Made by a program: the position numbers and the translations under genes. 64,000 nt of DNA from positions 79,174,001-79,238,000 of the forward strand of contig CM060732.1 in NCBI GenBank assembly GCA_030704615.1. Direction: 5' to 3'. Below the pieces are notes generated by a model that searched no databases, had not been told where the DNA came from, and worked only from the letters and a program-made list of their open reading frames with translations. Below, piece by piece: positions 12,069 through 24,882 of the stretch (position 1 is its first letter; every line of letters starts with the position of its first letter). The stretch comes from Takakia lepidozioides. Lineage: Eukaryota; Plantae; Bryophyta.

Positions 12069-13429
12069 CTATGCTGCAACCTCTTGAGCAGTACTCCCTT
12101 CCTGCTCAGTCAATGACAAGGCCTCATCCTGCCCCATCATCTCATCATTGAGAACCTCCTCAACCCGAGAAGAATCCCTAACCTCATCCATCACAGCTGC
12201 CTTGGCTGCCAACTCCCTCTGGACCTCGAGCACCTCCCACGTGTGCCATGGATATCTACACCCCGTGGTCCTCACCGGCTCGCCCCCACTCGCTGCCTGT
12301 ACCGTCTCGGTAGGCAGAGAGACCGTCAAGGGAAGTGCACTCCGTACTCTACGTTGCTCAACCATAGCCAAGCTGATAATCCAGGTCAAGCAATTGAGAT
12401 CCATTGCTTGCCCCAACACCTGACGACGTGATGCCTCAGAAAGAGAAGACACCGCCGTGGTCCCAGTGGAAAACCCCATAGCCCGCTCTCGCTCGTCGGC
12501 ATTAGGCTCCACTATCTGTTGCAGCCAGGTCCACCATCCCGAAAAGCATGGGATCCTGGGAAGCTGAGCAGTGTAGGTAATGCTGCTCGTGGTTGACCCA
12601 CCACCCTGTTGACCACTGCCAAAGGCGAACGGTCATCGTGTCTCACACGTTGAGACTGCCTCCCTGTGTCCAAAATGTTGTCCACTATAAGGTGTGTTGG
12701 CCGCTGCACCCCATCAAATGCACGCTTGAGCAGTGCGGGTGGCATCAAGTTAGTCCACCATAGCCGTGGACGATGAGCCCGTGATCCCACTGCAGCTGCA
12801 TCCAGCAGCACTGCTGACCCAAGCCACGACCGGACTTGATGCACACTGGCCATCACCCTGGCCCGAGAATCACCCATCAGTGGCACATTCTCCAAGATGT
12901 ATGCTGGCGATACAGCTTGATGAAGCTGCAAGTGGCGCAAAATCCGCACCATCTCCCAAAACAGACCCGTCCTCGAGTCTCGCAATCCATTGCCATGCCC
13001 GGCTGATGAATGCCCTTGGCAGGGCCAACCTGCCACTACCAGATCAATGGAGCCAACCTGCTTCAAATCCGGCGCCCCCAGCAACGAAATGTCTGCTGGC
13101 AAGGCTTGTTGGTATCCACGAACTGCAGACACTGGCAACAAAGCAGGGTACTGCTGTACCAACTGAACAACATGGCGCAGTGAGACGCGTCGTGCAGTCT
13201 CATCCCTCTCCACATACAGGTAACGCCTTACCCGCACACCTGCCTGTAGCACAGCAGCCAATCCGGTGCTGATCCCGCCAAACAAGTCCAGAAAGCAAAT
13301 GCCTTCATCCGGATACTGCCACACAATAGGTGTGGTATCTAATGGTGACAACTGAGGTGGTCCTGGTGCAATACCCGCACTCTCCTCCTCTCCTGATGGT
13401 ACAAAAGCCTCTACCCAGGCTTGTTGCAC
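12069..13429 (-). pseudogene. C5 DNA cytosine methyltransferase domain (DNMT3-like) within pol, copy 1
   Basis: Motif I LDLFGGISTG; II YVERD; IV IDLVVAGWPCQG; V RTGLFWE; VI YILENV; VIII DAAAVGSRAHRPRLWWTN; IX ERERAMGF; X RRQVLGQAM. A ~20-bp deletion frameshift lies at ~12525. Confidence 0.9.
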
Positions 13430-13444
13430 CCGTCGATCAGCAAC

Positions 13445-15780
13445 CTACTGCAAATCCTTGCTCGTACCCCACAATGGAGTGTGAGCAACCATGGCAGGCA
13501 ACTCCGCCACACCATGCATGTCATCCTGCTCTGCTGGAGGTGGCACATCCTCTGCATGGGCATTGCCTTTGAGCAACTCTCCAGGCCAACTAACTGCAGC
13601 TGTAAAGGCGGCTAGTGTTTGCATCTTGCCCCGTTGGGCAGCCGCAATACCCCCAATGAATGTCAAAGGGAGCTGTGCACGACAACCATCCCTTGACTGC
13701 CATCCAGGCCTGTAGAATGCTGACTCCTCCCAAAAGTCCAGGGTGAAGCCCATGGGGTATAACACTGCCCCACCAACGAGGACATCGTAAGAGACCGCGT
13801 TTGTCACAATGGCCTTGGCTCGCATTACTGAGCCATCGATAGGATGATCCGGCTGCAGTCTAATGGCCAACTGATGTCGTGTCATGCCCCGAGCCTGCTC
13901 TGATCATCCCAGAGATGTCTGTATCTGGAAAGGACAAGGCTCCATATCCACCTCCATGAGGCCCAAAACTGCAATAGCAGCTCTGCCCAACATCAGTGGC
14001 TGAGCTCCCGAGTCCAACAAAACCCAAAGTGGCCGGTACTTCTTGCCTGCCGGTCCACTCAAAGAGAAAATGCCATCCTGGTTGTCTAACAAAACAACTC
14101 CAAGTGTCACCATGGCGCGTTCAAAGGCTGGCCTAGCTGGCAGCTCCATCAACCTGGCAGCTGCAGCTTGCTATGGCGCAGCCGTGGCAGTCTTGACCCT
14201 CAAATCCGAGGATCCATCTGCCACTACACCTTCCAGTAACTCCGCAGAAGATGAAGTGACCTCCCCACTCTCACAGAGTATTGCTGCTAGTCTGAACACT
14301 GCAGCTGATCTTACCCCCGGCGTCGCAATCATGGTTGCCGAGAACAGTGGGGCTTGACACACAGAGGTGGCTGCCCCCAACAACACACCGGCTGCACTAG
14401 CATTGGCAGCAGGTGTCAATGCTGCACGTGTAGCTCTCCCCAATGGCATAGAAACCTCCGCCTCGGTAACAGTCGGGCGAGAATTAGGTGCCATGGATGG
14501 CGTTGACACTGTCTCCGCCAAGGTGAATGACTGAGGCAGCCTCGCCTGACGGCTTGCCTCCCCACATTGTGGATCGAACTCCACCTCTGCACCTCGTGGC
14601 TCAGGAACTCGTGTTGCTCCTCGAGTCACGACTGCAGCAAACTCCACCTGCTCTAGTGGTAGTGCTGCTCCGCACATGAATCCCATGCCTCCCATATCTC
14701 CTCCCTCAGGAACAGGAGGTGGACCATCCCGCCTGGGAGCGGGTACCGCCTGAGCTGTAGCCATGGCAACGAGCCTCTACTCTAGCTGCTGAAGCCGGTT
14801 GGCCATGCCTTGGTCAACACCCTGACCTCCGCGTCCTTGGCCATGTTGAGCTTGCCCTTGGCCTGCACCTCCTGCCCAACCACCTCGTCCTCTCTGGGCT
14901 GATCCACCTCGACCCCGACCACCATTGTTCCCTTGGAACTGGCCTGGGCGCAACTCAGGATGCAAGTCATAACACTGGGCATCTCCATGCCCATACTTGC
15001 CACAATGCCCACACTGCAACTGTGCAGGCTGTGTTTGTGCCGGCCTTTTGCCACGCTCTGGGCAATCTCTCTTGACATGGGGTCCTCCACATGTCCAACA
15101 TATCACCCCTGGTTGCTGTTGGCCTGCAAAAGATGTCACGGGCCTCTGCACCTGAGGTCCCCTGTAAGCTCCATGGAACTTGGGTTGGGAAACCTTGCCC
15201 CCCTGACCACGCTGTTGGGCAGTCCCTTGTGCCTGTGGGCTGGCAGCTACGCCTCGTGCAGGCATGTCCTTGCCAAACCCAATGGTAACAACTCGCTCCT
15301 CCACCATGTTGAGCTCAATCCGCTCAGCCAGCAGAAATACATCTGCTAATGTGGGTTGGGCTGCTTGTAACAGGGTTGCATCCCGCACCATTCTCCTGAG
15401 CTCCTTGTCCAAAATTCCATACCAGAACTGGATTGCCTGAGCTTCAGTAACCCCTTGGGTCACACTTATCAAGCGCCTCATACGAGTGTAGGCCTCTCGC
15501 AAGCTCTCACTGGGTTTGCGCTGGAAGTCTTGCAAACTTCGCAGCTTCTCTGTCCGTACACCTTGGTAGTTCCTCCGCAACTCCTGGAAGAACTCCACCA
15601 CCGGGTTGAATCTAGGCACATGTGTTGTAGTCGTGGCAGGAGGAGTAGTAGCACCTTTTGAACTGGTACCACCTGCAGAAGTACCGGCACTACTTGTTCC
15701 ACTACTAGTGCTGGCAGTGGGAGATATTGGTACTGATGCAGCTACTGGTCGCGTCGTGCCTCGAGTAATGGAGACGTAGA
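13445..15780 (-). pseudogene. Gypsy gag (C-terminal part) and aspartic protease, with stops
   Basis: Zinc knuckles CWTCGGPHVKRDC and CGHCGKYGHGDAQC, RGG-rich segment, protease LLDSGA. Confidence 0.88.
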
Positions 15781-16256
15781 TCGAAACCTGCATGTTTTTT
15801 TTGTTTTTTGTTTTTTTTAAAGCTTCTCAAACTAAGCACTACTTACACACAGGGAATCATACAAGTGCTAACCCTCAGCTCCTACCTTGCACTCACAGGT
15901 AAGAGGTCATCTATCTCGAGTGATAGAAAACTAAAAGACACACTGTTCACACAAGAAACATGAAAACCAACACCATCACTCTTTAAAATAGTAGTCGAGC
16001 CAGGGGCACCCCAAGCTATGGGGACTCCACCCCACAACAACATATCCTCCCTTCATAAGCATACTCAGCTTCTAAAGCGTGAAGGAGCTCGGTCGCGCAG
16101 GCTCAACTCGAGAGAGATGAGCTGCGCGACTGCCGCTCTCGTGAAGATAAGGCGGTTGAGATGTCAAACTAAACTTGACACATGATTTAACACTTGACCT
16201 AAATCCAAGTGTTAAATACAAATAACTAGCTTTATTCTAGTTGTTTTCACACTGTG

Positions 16257-17423
16257 GATATGGGAGTATTGCTTTGTCTCTACCTGGCAGAAAGAGGAGG
16301 AGGGTTGGTTAGAGCGAGCTACTGTAGCTTGGGACAAGGTTAGTGGCAGGTTTCTGGACATAGATATACCTCCTACACCTTACCATCATGCAGAGCGAGG
16401 CACTTTGAGAGAAGTCTGGCAGTTGATAGCATAGATCAGGATTAGATCTTGCTTGGGCAAGCTTCTATTCTTCCCCTCCATCTCTGTACTATTTTCATTA
16501 CCTTGTACTTGTAGTTGCCAAAGCCTCTCTTGGTGGAGGCCAGTCAGTCCGGGGTTTTGGGTTGGGCTATTCTGCAGGATCAGCATTGCAGCTGGATTTT
16601 GGTGTGGGGGTGTTGATGTTTTGATTTCTTGTGTTTGGACCCCCCCCAACACCTGCATGCTTGACTGTGCGTCATGTTGGTTTTGTGTGGGCGCTTGCTT
16701 TCATAGGGATTAGGCCGGATTTGATCACCGGTCAATCCTAGAGTATGCTGTCGGTGGTGAGGCTGGAGTGATGACCAGCAAGACCACCAGTGTTTCTTCT
16801 ATGGTGAGGCTGGGTTGATTACCAGCCAACCATAGGAGTTCTTGCGGTGGATGCAGGTGCAGGTGCCCTGAGCCATTGGAATATGACCCTTAAACTGCAA
16901 CAGGTGCTCACCCGTGTCACTATTAGAATCAGTACTAGAGCCCTATAGTGTCACGTGGGGGAGGTGCACATTGTGAGTGTCATCATGGAGTTACCCAAGG
17001 GTTTTGAGGGGAGTACGGCTACAGGCAGTAACAGTGAGAGTGGGTTCACGAGACGAGGTATTCGGTTCAGACCACCTTCACCTCCACCCTCAACTAGTGC
17101 AGAGTCAGACACAGACTCGGAGGCTTCATCAACAGGTGTGCAGTTTCATTCGCCATTGTTGTGGGACGACATGGAGGAGATGTATGGAGCTACCAAGGGG
17201 CCTCGTAGGTACTCTAGAGCTGTGGGCACAATCGAGTTGGATGACTTTATCCAGGAGTTCGACAGCTGGTGTGATTTGCAGCAGATGCGCAATCCACAGC
17301 TATTCACCCCATTCATGGCGTGGAAGGAACTGTTCCAGCATTTGGAAGGCCCGCCTATGGACGATTACCACGAGTTCAGGCGAAGACATGAAGCAGAGAT
17401 TGAGGAGTGGAGGATGTATTGGT
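16257..17423 (+). mobile_element. Inverted fragment of the Gypsy leader plus gag N-terminus
   Basis: Reverse complement of the segment homologous to ~24800-25965. It encodes MELPKGFEG...IEEWRMYW, i.e. the part missing from copy 1. Confidence 0.88.
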
Positions 17424-18808
17424 TTAGATGCCATAGCAACCTTCAACAATGCGGCAGCATAACAACATTGGGACCAATTTGAAGAATGACACAATTCTGA
17501 AGATTGCTGAATGAATGGCCACCCACATTGTTTGTGGAACCACGAACCTGGTAGTTGATTGGCCAATTCTTCTGCATCATCTGTTCTGCTTCCCGGAATA
17601 TAGAATCCAGAAGATCGAAAAAAATTCTCCATATCAGATCAGGACACTTTAGATTTTCCCTTATCCACTTGAAGCGCTCCAGGAACCTCATCGAAAACAA
17701 CGAGTGGAAGTGTTGCAGGTACTGTAGCCACAACATTTGAATGTGGAACTAATCCACCAAAAACCGGACACTCTGTAGGAACGACATTGGCCACCTGATG
17801 TTCTTGCAATTTCGCATAGGCACCGACCTCCTGCCAGTGAGCATCTTGGAATGTTGACCAAGAAATTTCACGCCACTAATAATCCGTTGAAATAGCACGA
17901 TCTCTGAGCATTTTATCCACAGATTGTATTTCTCGTAACTTTCGGCATCCCTATGTCCGATTATGTCCATTCCATATATGGTAGGCACACAGCCTTCCTA
18001 CATCCGAGTAATTCCTGTCGTCCTGCCGCTCTTGTTTGTCAAAGTCTTCTCAGACAAGCCGGATAGTCATTCTCTTTGTAACGGTTGCAAGCATATTTTT
18101 GCCTATAGGACCTTTGGAGTACCAAACGGGATCTGTAGCCTTTCACTTTGAAAGCGCTGTCAAAAACAGTGGATGAGGACCGGACTCTCCAGGTGGCCAA
18201 GAAGGCCTACGAGAAATCATTTTCTCATACGTCTCGATGATGGCTGCAACTTGACAACCGACAGCTTTTCGAATGTTGTTCACGCCCCATCTCGCAGCAT
18301 CAGCCTTTACGGTCTTTGAAAGACTGGCTATATCTCAGAACCTTTCCCATGACAGTGTGCTCGATGGAAAAATCTTCAGTTCAGTCGCTGCTCTCATTTC
18401 AGAAACCGCTCTAATAAAGAAATTTCTTGTACAGTACCAGACGAATGTATAAGTCAAACCGGAAAGTGAAATAGGTTGACACATATTGAGCCAACACAAG
18501 AGCTTCTTCGTCAAGCGTAAGACAATCAAATTTCTGCACTTTTTTTCCAAGGCCGGCTTTAAAAGACCTTGCCACAGCTTCGTCACCAGCCAACTTGATT
18601 CGTTGATATCTCATGTCATCCATAAGACTTATACAGAATTTTTCGCAAGGTTTGCTGGATTCAACGGCACACTTATTGTAGTGAGCACAAATTATTCTGC
18701 CTACACCGCGTAAGAATGAATTAATACTCCCAAGAGGATATAGTGAGCCATCACGCTTCTTGGCATCAAGTATAAAGCGAGCCAAAAGATCAACGATGTA
18801 TCTAAGGT
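17424..18808 (-). pseudogene. Inverted duplicate of the Crypton-like region (186-1469), retaining ~101 bp absent from the first copy
   Basis: Near-identical ORFs (e.g. MLWLQYLQ..., MPTIYGMDII...). The extra 18385-18485 encodes WYCTRNFFIRAVSEMR. Confidence 0.88.
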
Positions 18809-19809
18809 ATCCATGAGTACCTCAGCTGGAGCACCGAATCGGCTAAGCACACAATCCAAGAATGCATACGCAGCTCCCTCACTAGCTTTATCAGGCAATG
18901 GAACCAATTCAATCCACTTGGAGAAGTGCTCCACCATCACCAACACGTACTTGTTGTGGCGCATGGTTAGTGGCAACGGCCCTGCGAAGTCAAGACTCCA
19001 CCTGTAGCCCAATCCCATGATCGGAAGAGGGTGCAATTGTGGAGTAGGGGCGTTGAATGAAGCACGCACCCTGTCACACACCATGCACCTAGCCACAAAT
19101 TGTTGCACCTCTGTGTGCATACCACGCCACCAATACTGCCCTTGCAGTAGACTATGAGTGCGTCGCACCCCAAAATGCCCCAACTCCTCATGGGCATGCC
19201 GCACTAACCGTGCCCTCTGTGTTGGGTGAGGCACAATCCTCACTCGACCATCCTCCCACACTCGGAGCAGGTGTGTCCCCTCCCACTTGAACCTCTTAGC
19301 TCGTTGTAGGATCCGATCCCTCTCCTTGGTAGTCACAGTGGCTGCAGTGTCTCCAGTGCGGAGGTAGTCCAACACAACTGAATCCTCATGTATATCTTTG
19401 GCACCACCTTGCTCATTGCTGGCCTCAGGGTCCTCAGACACTTGATCTACAGTCATCCCTGTTGCAGGTCCAACCTGGCCTTCCGCTGCCAAGATACACA
19501 GAAATGCAGATGCATGCCATCCGGCACCATCTCCTCGTCCGTCTCACCATGCCACCGAGCTCCAGTGTCATCCTGCTGGCTCGTGCATGGATTGCGACTC
19601 AACCCATCTGCATTGCGATTGACCAAACCCGGTCGATGCACCACCTGAAAGTCATACTCTTGAAGGATGAGTGCCCACCATGCAAGCTTCGCCGTAAGCT
19701 TGTCTGACTCCATCAACCACTTGAGTGGTTGGTGATCCGTGACAAGGGTGAAGAGATTGCCGTATAGATAGCACCTGAAGTGTGCCACGGCCCACACTAC
19801 AGCTAAGCA

Positions 19810-21029
19810 TTATCCCTCATATGAGCTATACTTAGACTCAGCAGCATTGTTCGAGCGGCTAGTGTAAGCCACTACGAACTCTCTTCCCTCATCATCCACC
19901 TGTGTGAGCACCGCTCCAAGCCCCAGCATGCTCCAATCTGTATACAGCTGAAAAGGACGCCCCCTAATAGGTCGTCTCAAGATGGGCGCCGAGGTCAACC
20001 TCGCCTTGAGCTCTTGAAAAGCTTGTTCTTGCTCATCTTCCCACTGCCACTCCTGGTCCACCTTGGTCAGCTTGGTTAGAGCCTTTGCAATGGCACTAAA
20101 TCCCTTAACAAACCGTCTATAATAGTTTGCTAACCCCATGAAAGCTCGAACTCGGCTCACATCCGTGGGGCGTGGAACCTGTGCAATGGATTCTACCTTA
20201 GTCTGCTGTACCCCCAATCCTCCAGGATATATCATGTGACCTAGATACTCAATCTGGTTGTGGAAAAACTTGCACTTTCCCGGATGTAACTTCAATCCGT
20301 GCGTCCTCAAGCGCTCAAATACCCCCTGAAGGTGTCTCTCATGCTCCTCCACCGTAGCACTAAAGATGATGATGTCATCTATGTAGCACTGAGCAAACTC
20401 CACCCCTGCTAGAATCCTGTCCATGACCCTTTGAAACTCAGCAGGAACGTTTTTAAGCCCAAATGGTAAGAACCGCCACTGGTATAGGCAATCCTTCCCG
20501 TGCTCATTGATCCCCCAGAATGCCGTCTTTTGCTTATCCGCCTCCTTGATCGGCAACTGGTGATATCCGGATCGTAAATCCAACGTGCTAAAGACCTTGG
20601 AATGCCCAATGGCATCAAAGATCTCCTCTGGTGTCGGCATGGCATACCTATCGGACTTGGTCTGACGATTTACAGGCCGGTAATCACCGCACATACGTCT
20701 CTCCGTCCAATTGCCATAGACATCCTTCTTGGCTGGCATCACTGTGGCTGAAGCATACTCTCCACCAGAGAGCTCCACCAAACCTGCCTCCCAAGATCCT
20801 GAGTTCTCATCTGAATCAAGGACCTCTCCATGTCACTGTATCTATAGGGTCTCCGAAAGATTGGCGTGTCAGTAGCCAATTCAATGCAAATCTCTTGACC
20901 CTTCAGTGCTCCCAAGTCCTTCAAACTGAAGGCAAAGCAATTCTTGTAAGCCCTCAGGAACCGCCGCATACGTCGTCTCTCTCCTCCGGTGACAATGGGT
21001 CCAATGTTAGGCTCCCAATTGTCCTCCAT
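19810..21029 (-). pseudogene. Gypsy RT/RNase H (copy 1b)
   Basis: YIDD motif; same stop (EG*) as copy 1. Confidence 0.9.
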
Positions 21030-21083
21030 AACTGCAACCTTAAGTCCAGTGGGCTTAGAGGTAGAGGACGCGTCCCGTGGTTG

Positions 21084-22443
21084 CTATGCTGCAACCTCTT
21101 GAGCAGTACTCCCTTCCTGCTCAGTCAATGACAAGGCCTCATCCTGCCCCATCATCTCATCATTGAGAACCTCCTCAACCCGAGAAGAATCCCTAACCTC
21201 ATCCATCACAGCTGCCTTGGCTGCCAACTCCCTCTGGACCTCGAGCACCTCCCACGTGTGCCATGGATATCTACACCCCGTGGTCCTCACCGGCTCGCCC
21301 CCACTCGCTGCCTGTACCGTCTCGGTAGGCAGAGAGACCGTCAAGGGAAGTGCACTCCGTACTCTACGTTGCTCAACCATAGCCAAGCTGATAATCCAGG
21401 TCAAGCAATTGAGATCCATTGCTTGCCCCAACACCTGACGACGTGATGCCTCAGAAAGAGAAGACACCGCCGTGGTCCCAGTGGAAAACCCCATAGCCCG
21501 CTCTCGCTCGTCGGCATTAGGCTCCACTATCTGTTGCAGCCAGGTCCACCATCCGAAAAGCATGGGATCCTGGGAAGCTGAGCAGTGTAGGTAATGCTGC
21601 TCGTGGTTGACCCACCACCCTGTTGACCACTGCCAAAGGCGAACGGTCATCGTGTCTCACACGTTGAGACTGCCTCCCTGTGTCCAAAATGTTGTCCACT
21701 ATAAGGTGTGTTGGCCGCTGCACCCCATCAAATGCACGCTTGAGCAGTGCGGGTGGCATCAAGTTAGTCCACCATAGCCGTGGACGATGAGCCCGTGATC
21801 CCACTGCAGCTGCATCCAGCAGCACTGCTGACCCAAGCCACGACCGGACTTGATGCACACTGGCCATCACCCTGGCCCGAGAATCACCCATCAGTGGCAC
21901 ATTCTCCAAGATGTATGCTGGCGATACAGCTTGATGAAGCTGCAAGTGGCGCAAAATCCGCACCATCTCCCAAAACAGACCCGTCCTCGAGTCTCGCAAT
22001 CCATTGCCATGCCCGGCTGATGAATGCCCTTGGCAGGGCCAACCTGCCACTACCAGATCAATGGAGCCAACCTGCTTCAAATCCGGCGCCCCCAGCAACG
22101 AAATGTCTGCTGGCAAGGCTTGTTGGTATCCACGAACTGCAGACACTGGCAACAAAGCAGGGTACTGCTGTACCAACTGAACAACATGGCGCAGTGAGAC
22201 GCGTCGTGCAGTCTCATCCCTCTCCACATACAGGTAACGCCTTACCCGCACACCTGCCTGTAGCACAGCAGCCAATCCGGTGCTGATCCCGCCAAACAAG
22301 TCCAGAAAGCAAATGCCTTCATCCGGATACTGCCACACAATAGGTGTGGTATCCAATGGTGACAACTGAGGTGGTCCTGGTGCAATACCCGCACTCTCCT
22401 CCTCTCGTAATGGTACAAAAGCCTCTACCCAGGCTTGTTGCAC
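21084..22443 (-). pseudogene. DNMT3-like C5 methyltransferase domain (copy 1b)
   Basis: Same motifs I-X as at 12069-13429. Confidence 0.9.
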
Positions 22444-22458
22444 CCGTCGATCAGCAAC

Positions 22459-24882
22459 CTACTGCAAATCCTTGCTCGTACCCCACAATGGAGTATGAGC
22501 AACCATGGCAGGCAACTCCGCCACACCATGCATGTCATCCTGCTCTGCTGGAGGTGGCACATCCTCTGCATGGGCATTGCCTTCCAGCAACTCTCTAGGC
22601 CAACTAACTGCAGCTGTAAAGGCCGCTAGTGTTTGCATCTTGCCCCGTTGGGCAGCCGCAATACCCCCAATGAATGTCACAGGGAGCTGTGCACGACGAC
22701 CATCCCCTGACTGCCATCCAGGCCTGTAGAATGCTGACTCCTCCCAAAAGTCTAGGGTGAAGCCCATGGGGTATAACACTGCCCCACCAACGAGGACATC
22801 GTAACAGACCGCGTTTGTCACAATGGCCTTGGCTCGCATTACTGAGCCATCGATAGGATGATCCGGCTGCAGTCTAATGGCCAACTGATGTCGTGTCATG
22901 CCCCGAGCCTGCTCTGATCCTCCCAGAGATGTCTGTATCTGGAAAGGACAAGGCTCCATATCCGCCTCCATGAGGCCCAAAACTGCAATAGCAGCTTTGC
23001 CCAACATCAGTGGCTGAGCTCCCGAGTCCAACAAAACCCGAAGTGGCCGGTACTTCTTGCCTGCCGGTCCACTCAAAGAGAAAATGCCATCCTGGTTGTC
23101 TAACAAGACAACTCCAGGTGTCACCATGGCGCGTTCAAAGGCTGGCCTAGCTGGCAGCTCCATCAACCTGGCAACTGCAGCTTGCCAAGGCGCAGCCGTG
23201 GCAGTCTTGACCCTCAAATCCGAGGATCCATCTGCCACTACACCTTCCAGTAACTCCGCAGAAGATGAAGTGACCTCCCCACTCTCACAGAGTGTTGCTG
23301 CTAGTCTGAACATTGCAGCTGGCATTACCCCCGGCGTCGCAATCATGGTTGCCGAGAATAGTGGGGCTTGACACACAGAGGTGGCTGCCCCCAATAACAC
23401 ACCGGCTGTACTAGCCTTGGTAGCAGGTGTCAGTGCTGCACGTGTAGCTCTCCCCAATGACATAGTAATGTCCGCCTCGGTAACAGTCGGGCGAGAACTA
23501 GGTGCCATGGATGGCGTTGACACTGTCTCCGCCAAGGTGAACGACTGAGGCAGCCTTGCCTGATGGCTTGCCTCCCCACGTTGTGGATCCAACTCCACCT
23601 CTGCACCTCGTGGCTCAGGAACTCGTGCTGCTCTTCGAGTCACGGCTGCAGCAGACTCCACCTGCACTGGTGGTAGTGCTGCTCCGCACATAAATCCCAT
23701 GCCTCCCATATCTCCTCCCTCAAGCGCAGGAGGTGGACCATGCCGCCTGGGAGCCGGTACCGCCTGAGCTGTAGCCATGGCAGCGAGCCTCTGCTCTAGC
23801 TGCTGAAGCCGGTTGGCCATGCCTTGGTCAACACCCTGACCTCCGCGTCCTTGGTCATGTTGAGCTTGCCCTTGGCCTGCACCTCGTGCCCGACCACCTC
23901 GTCCTCTCTGGGCTGGTCCACCTCGCCCCCGGCCACCATTGTTCCCTTGGAACTGGCCTGGGCGCAACTCAGGATGCAAGTCATAACACTGGGCATCTCC
24001 ATGCCCATACTTGCCACAATGCCCACACTGCAACTGTGCAGGCTGTGCTTTTGCCGGCCTTCTGCCATTCTCTGGGCAATCTCTCTTGACATGGGGTCCT
24101 CCACATGTCCAACATATCACCCCTGGTTGCTGTTGGCCTGCAAAAGATGCCATGGGCCTCTGCACCTGAGGTCCCCTATAAGCTCCATGGAACTTGGGTT
24201 GGGAAACCTTGCCCCCCTGACCACGCTGTTGGGCAGTCCCTTGTGCCTGTGGGCTGGCAGCTGCGCCTCGTGCAGGCATGTCCTTGCCAAATCCAATGGT
24301 AACAACTCGCTCCTCCACCATGTTGAGCTCAATCTGCTCAGCGAGCAGAAACACATCTGCTAATGTGGGTTGGGCTGCTTGTAACAGGGTTGCATCCCGC
24401 ACCCTTCTCCTGAGCTCCTTATCTAAAATGCCATACCAGAACTGGATTGCCTGAGCTTCAGTAACCCCTTGGGTCACACTTATCAAGCGCCTCATACGAG
24501 TGTACGCCTCTTGCATGCTCTCATTGGGTTTGCACTGGAAGTCTTGCAAACTTCGCAGCTTCTCTGTCCGTACACCTTGGTAGTTCCTCCGCAACTCCTG
24601 GAAGAACTCCACCACCGGGTTGAATCTAGGCACATGTGTTGTAGTCGTGGCAGGAGGAGTAGTAGCACCTTTTGAACTGGTACCACCTGCAGAAGTACCG
24701 GCACTACTTGTTCCACTACTAGTGCTGGCAGTGGGAGATATTGGTACTGATGTAGCTACTGGTCGCGTCGTGCCTCGAGTAATGGAGACGTAGTCAGGTG
24801 ACCAATACATCCTCCACTCCTCAATCTCTGCTTCATGTCCTCGCCTGAACTCGTGGTAATCGTCCATAGGCGGGCCTTCCAA
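22459..24882 (-). CDS. Gypsy Gag + protease (807-aa open segment; gag actually starts further upstream at ~25240)
   Basis: Two zinc knuckles, RGG repeats, LLDSGA; continuous open frame. Confidence 0.85.
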   Translation of the reverse strand: MEGPPMDDYHEFRRGHEAEIEEWRMYWSPDYVSITRGTTRPVATSVPISPTASTSSGTSSAGTSAGGTSSKGATTPPATTTTHVPRFNPVVEFFQELRRNYQGVRTEKLRSLQDFQCKPNESMQEAYTRMRRLISVTQGVTEAQAIQFWYGILDKELRRRVRDATLLQAAQPTLADVFLLAEQIELNMVEERVVTIGFGKDMPARGAAASPQAQGTAQQRGQGGKVSQPKFHGAYRGPQVQRPMASFAGQQQPGVICWTCGGPHVKRDCPENGRRPAKAQPAQLQCGHCGKYGHGDAQCYDLHPELRPGQFQGNNGGRGRGGPAQRGRGGRARGAGQGQAQHDQGRGGQGVDQGMANRLQQLEQRLAAMATAQAVPAPRRHGPPPALEGGDMGGMGFMCGAALPPVQVESAAAVTRRAARVPEPRGAEVELDPQRGEASHQARLPQSFTLAETVSTPSMAPSSRPTVTEADITMSLGRATRAALTPATKASTAGVLLGAATSVCQAPLFSATMIATPGVMPAAMFRLAATLCESGEVTSSSAELLEGVVADGSSDLRVKTATAAPWQAAVARLMELPARPAFERAMVTPGVVLLDNQDGIFSLSGPAGKKYRPLRVLLDSGAQPLMLGKAAIAVLGLMEADMEPCPFQIQTSLGGSEQARGMTRHQLAIRLQPDHPIDGSVMRAKAIVTNAVCYDVLVGGAVLYPMGFTLDFWEESAFYRPGWQSGDGRRAQLPVTFIGGIAAAQRGKMQTLAAFTAAVSWPRELLEGNAHAEDVPPPAEQDDMHGVAELPAMVAHTPLWGTSKDLQ

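Larger units (their letters stand above)
8150..16256 (-). mobile_element. Ty3/Gypsy element carrying DNMT and PHD, copy 1 (internally deleted, 5' repeat clipped)
   Basis: 3' terminal B(8150-8235)-A(8236-8587)-gc-B(8590-8675); pol/gag 8935-15780; 5' A repeat 15921-16256 lacking its outer 16 bp. The gag N-terminus and most of the leader are missing at 15780. Confidence 0.9.

Noticed and set aside
17424-18808. Tyrosine recombinase as a genuine component of the Gypsy element
   Set aside because: It is a truncated inverted duplicate of 186-1469 at rearrangement junctions and is absent from full-length copy 2.
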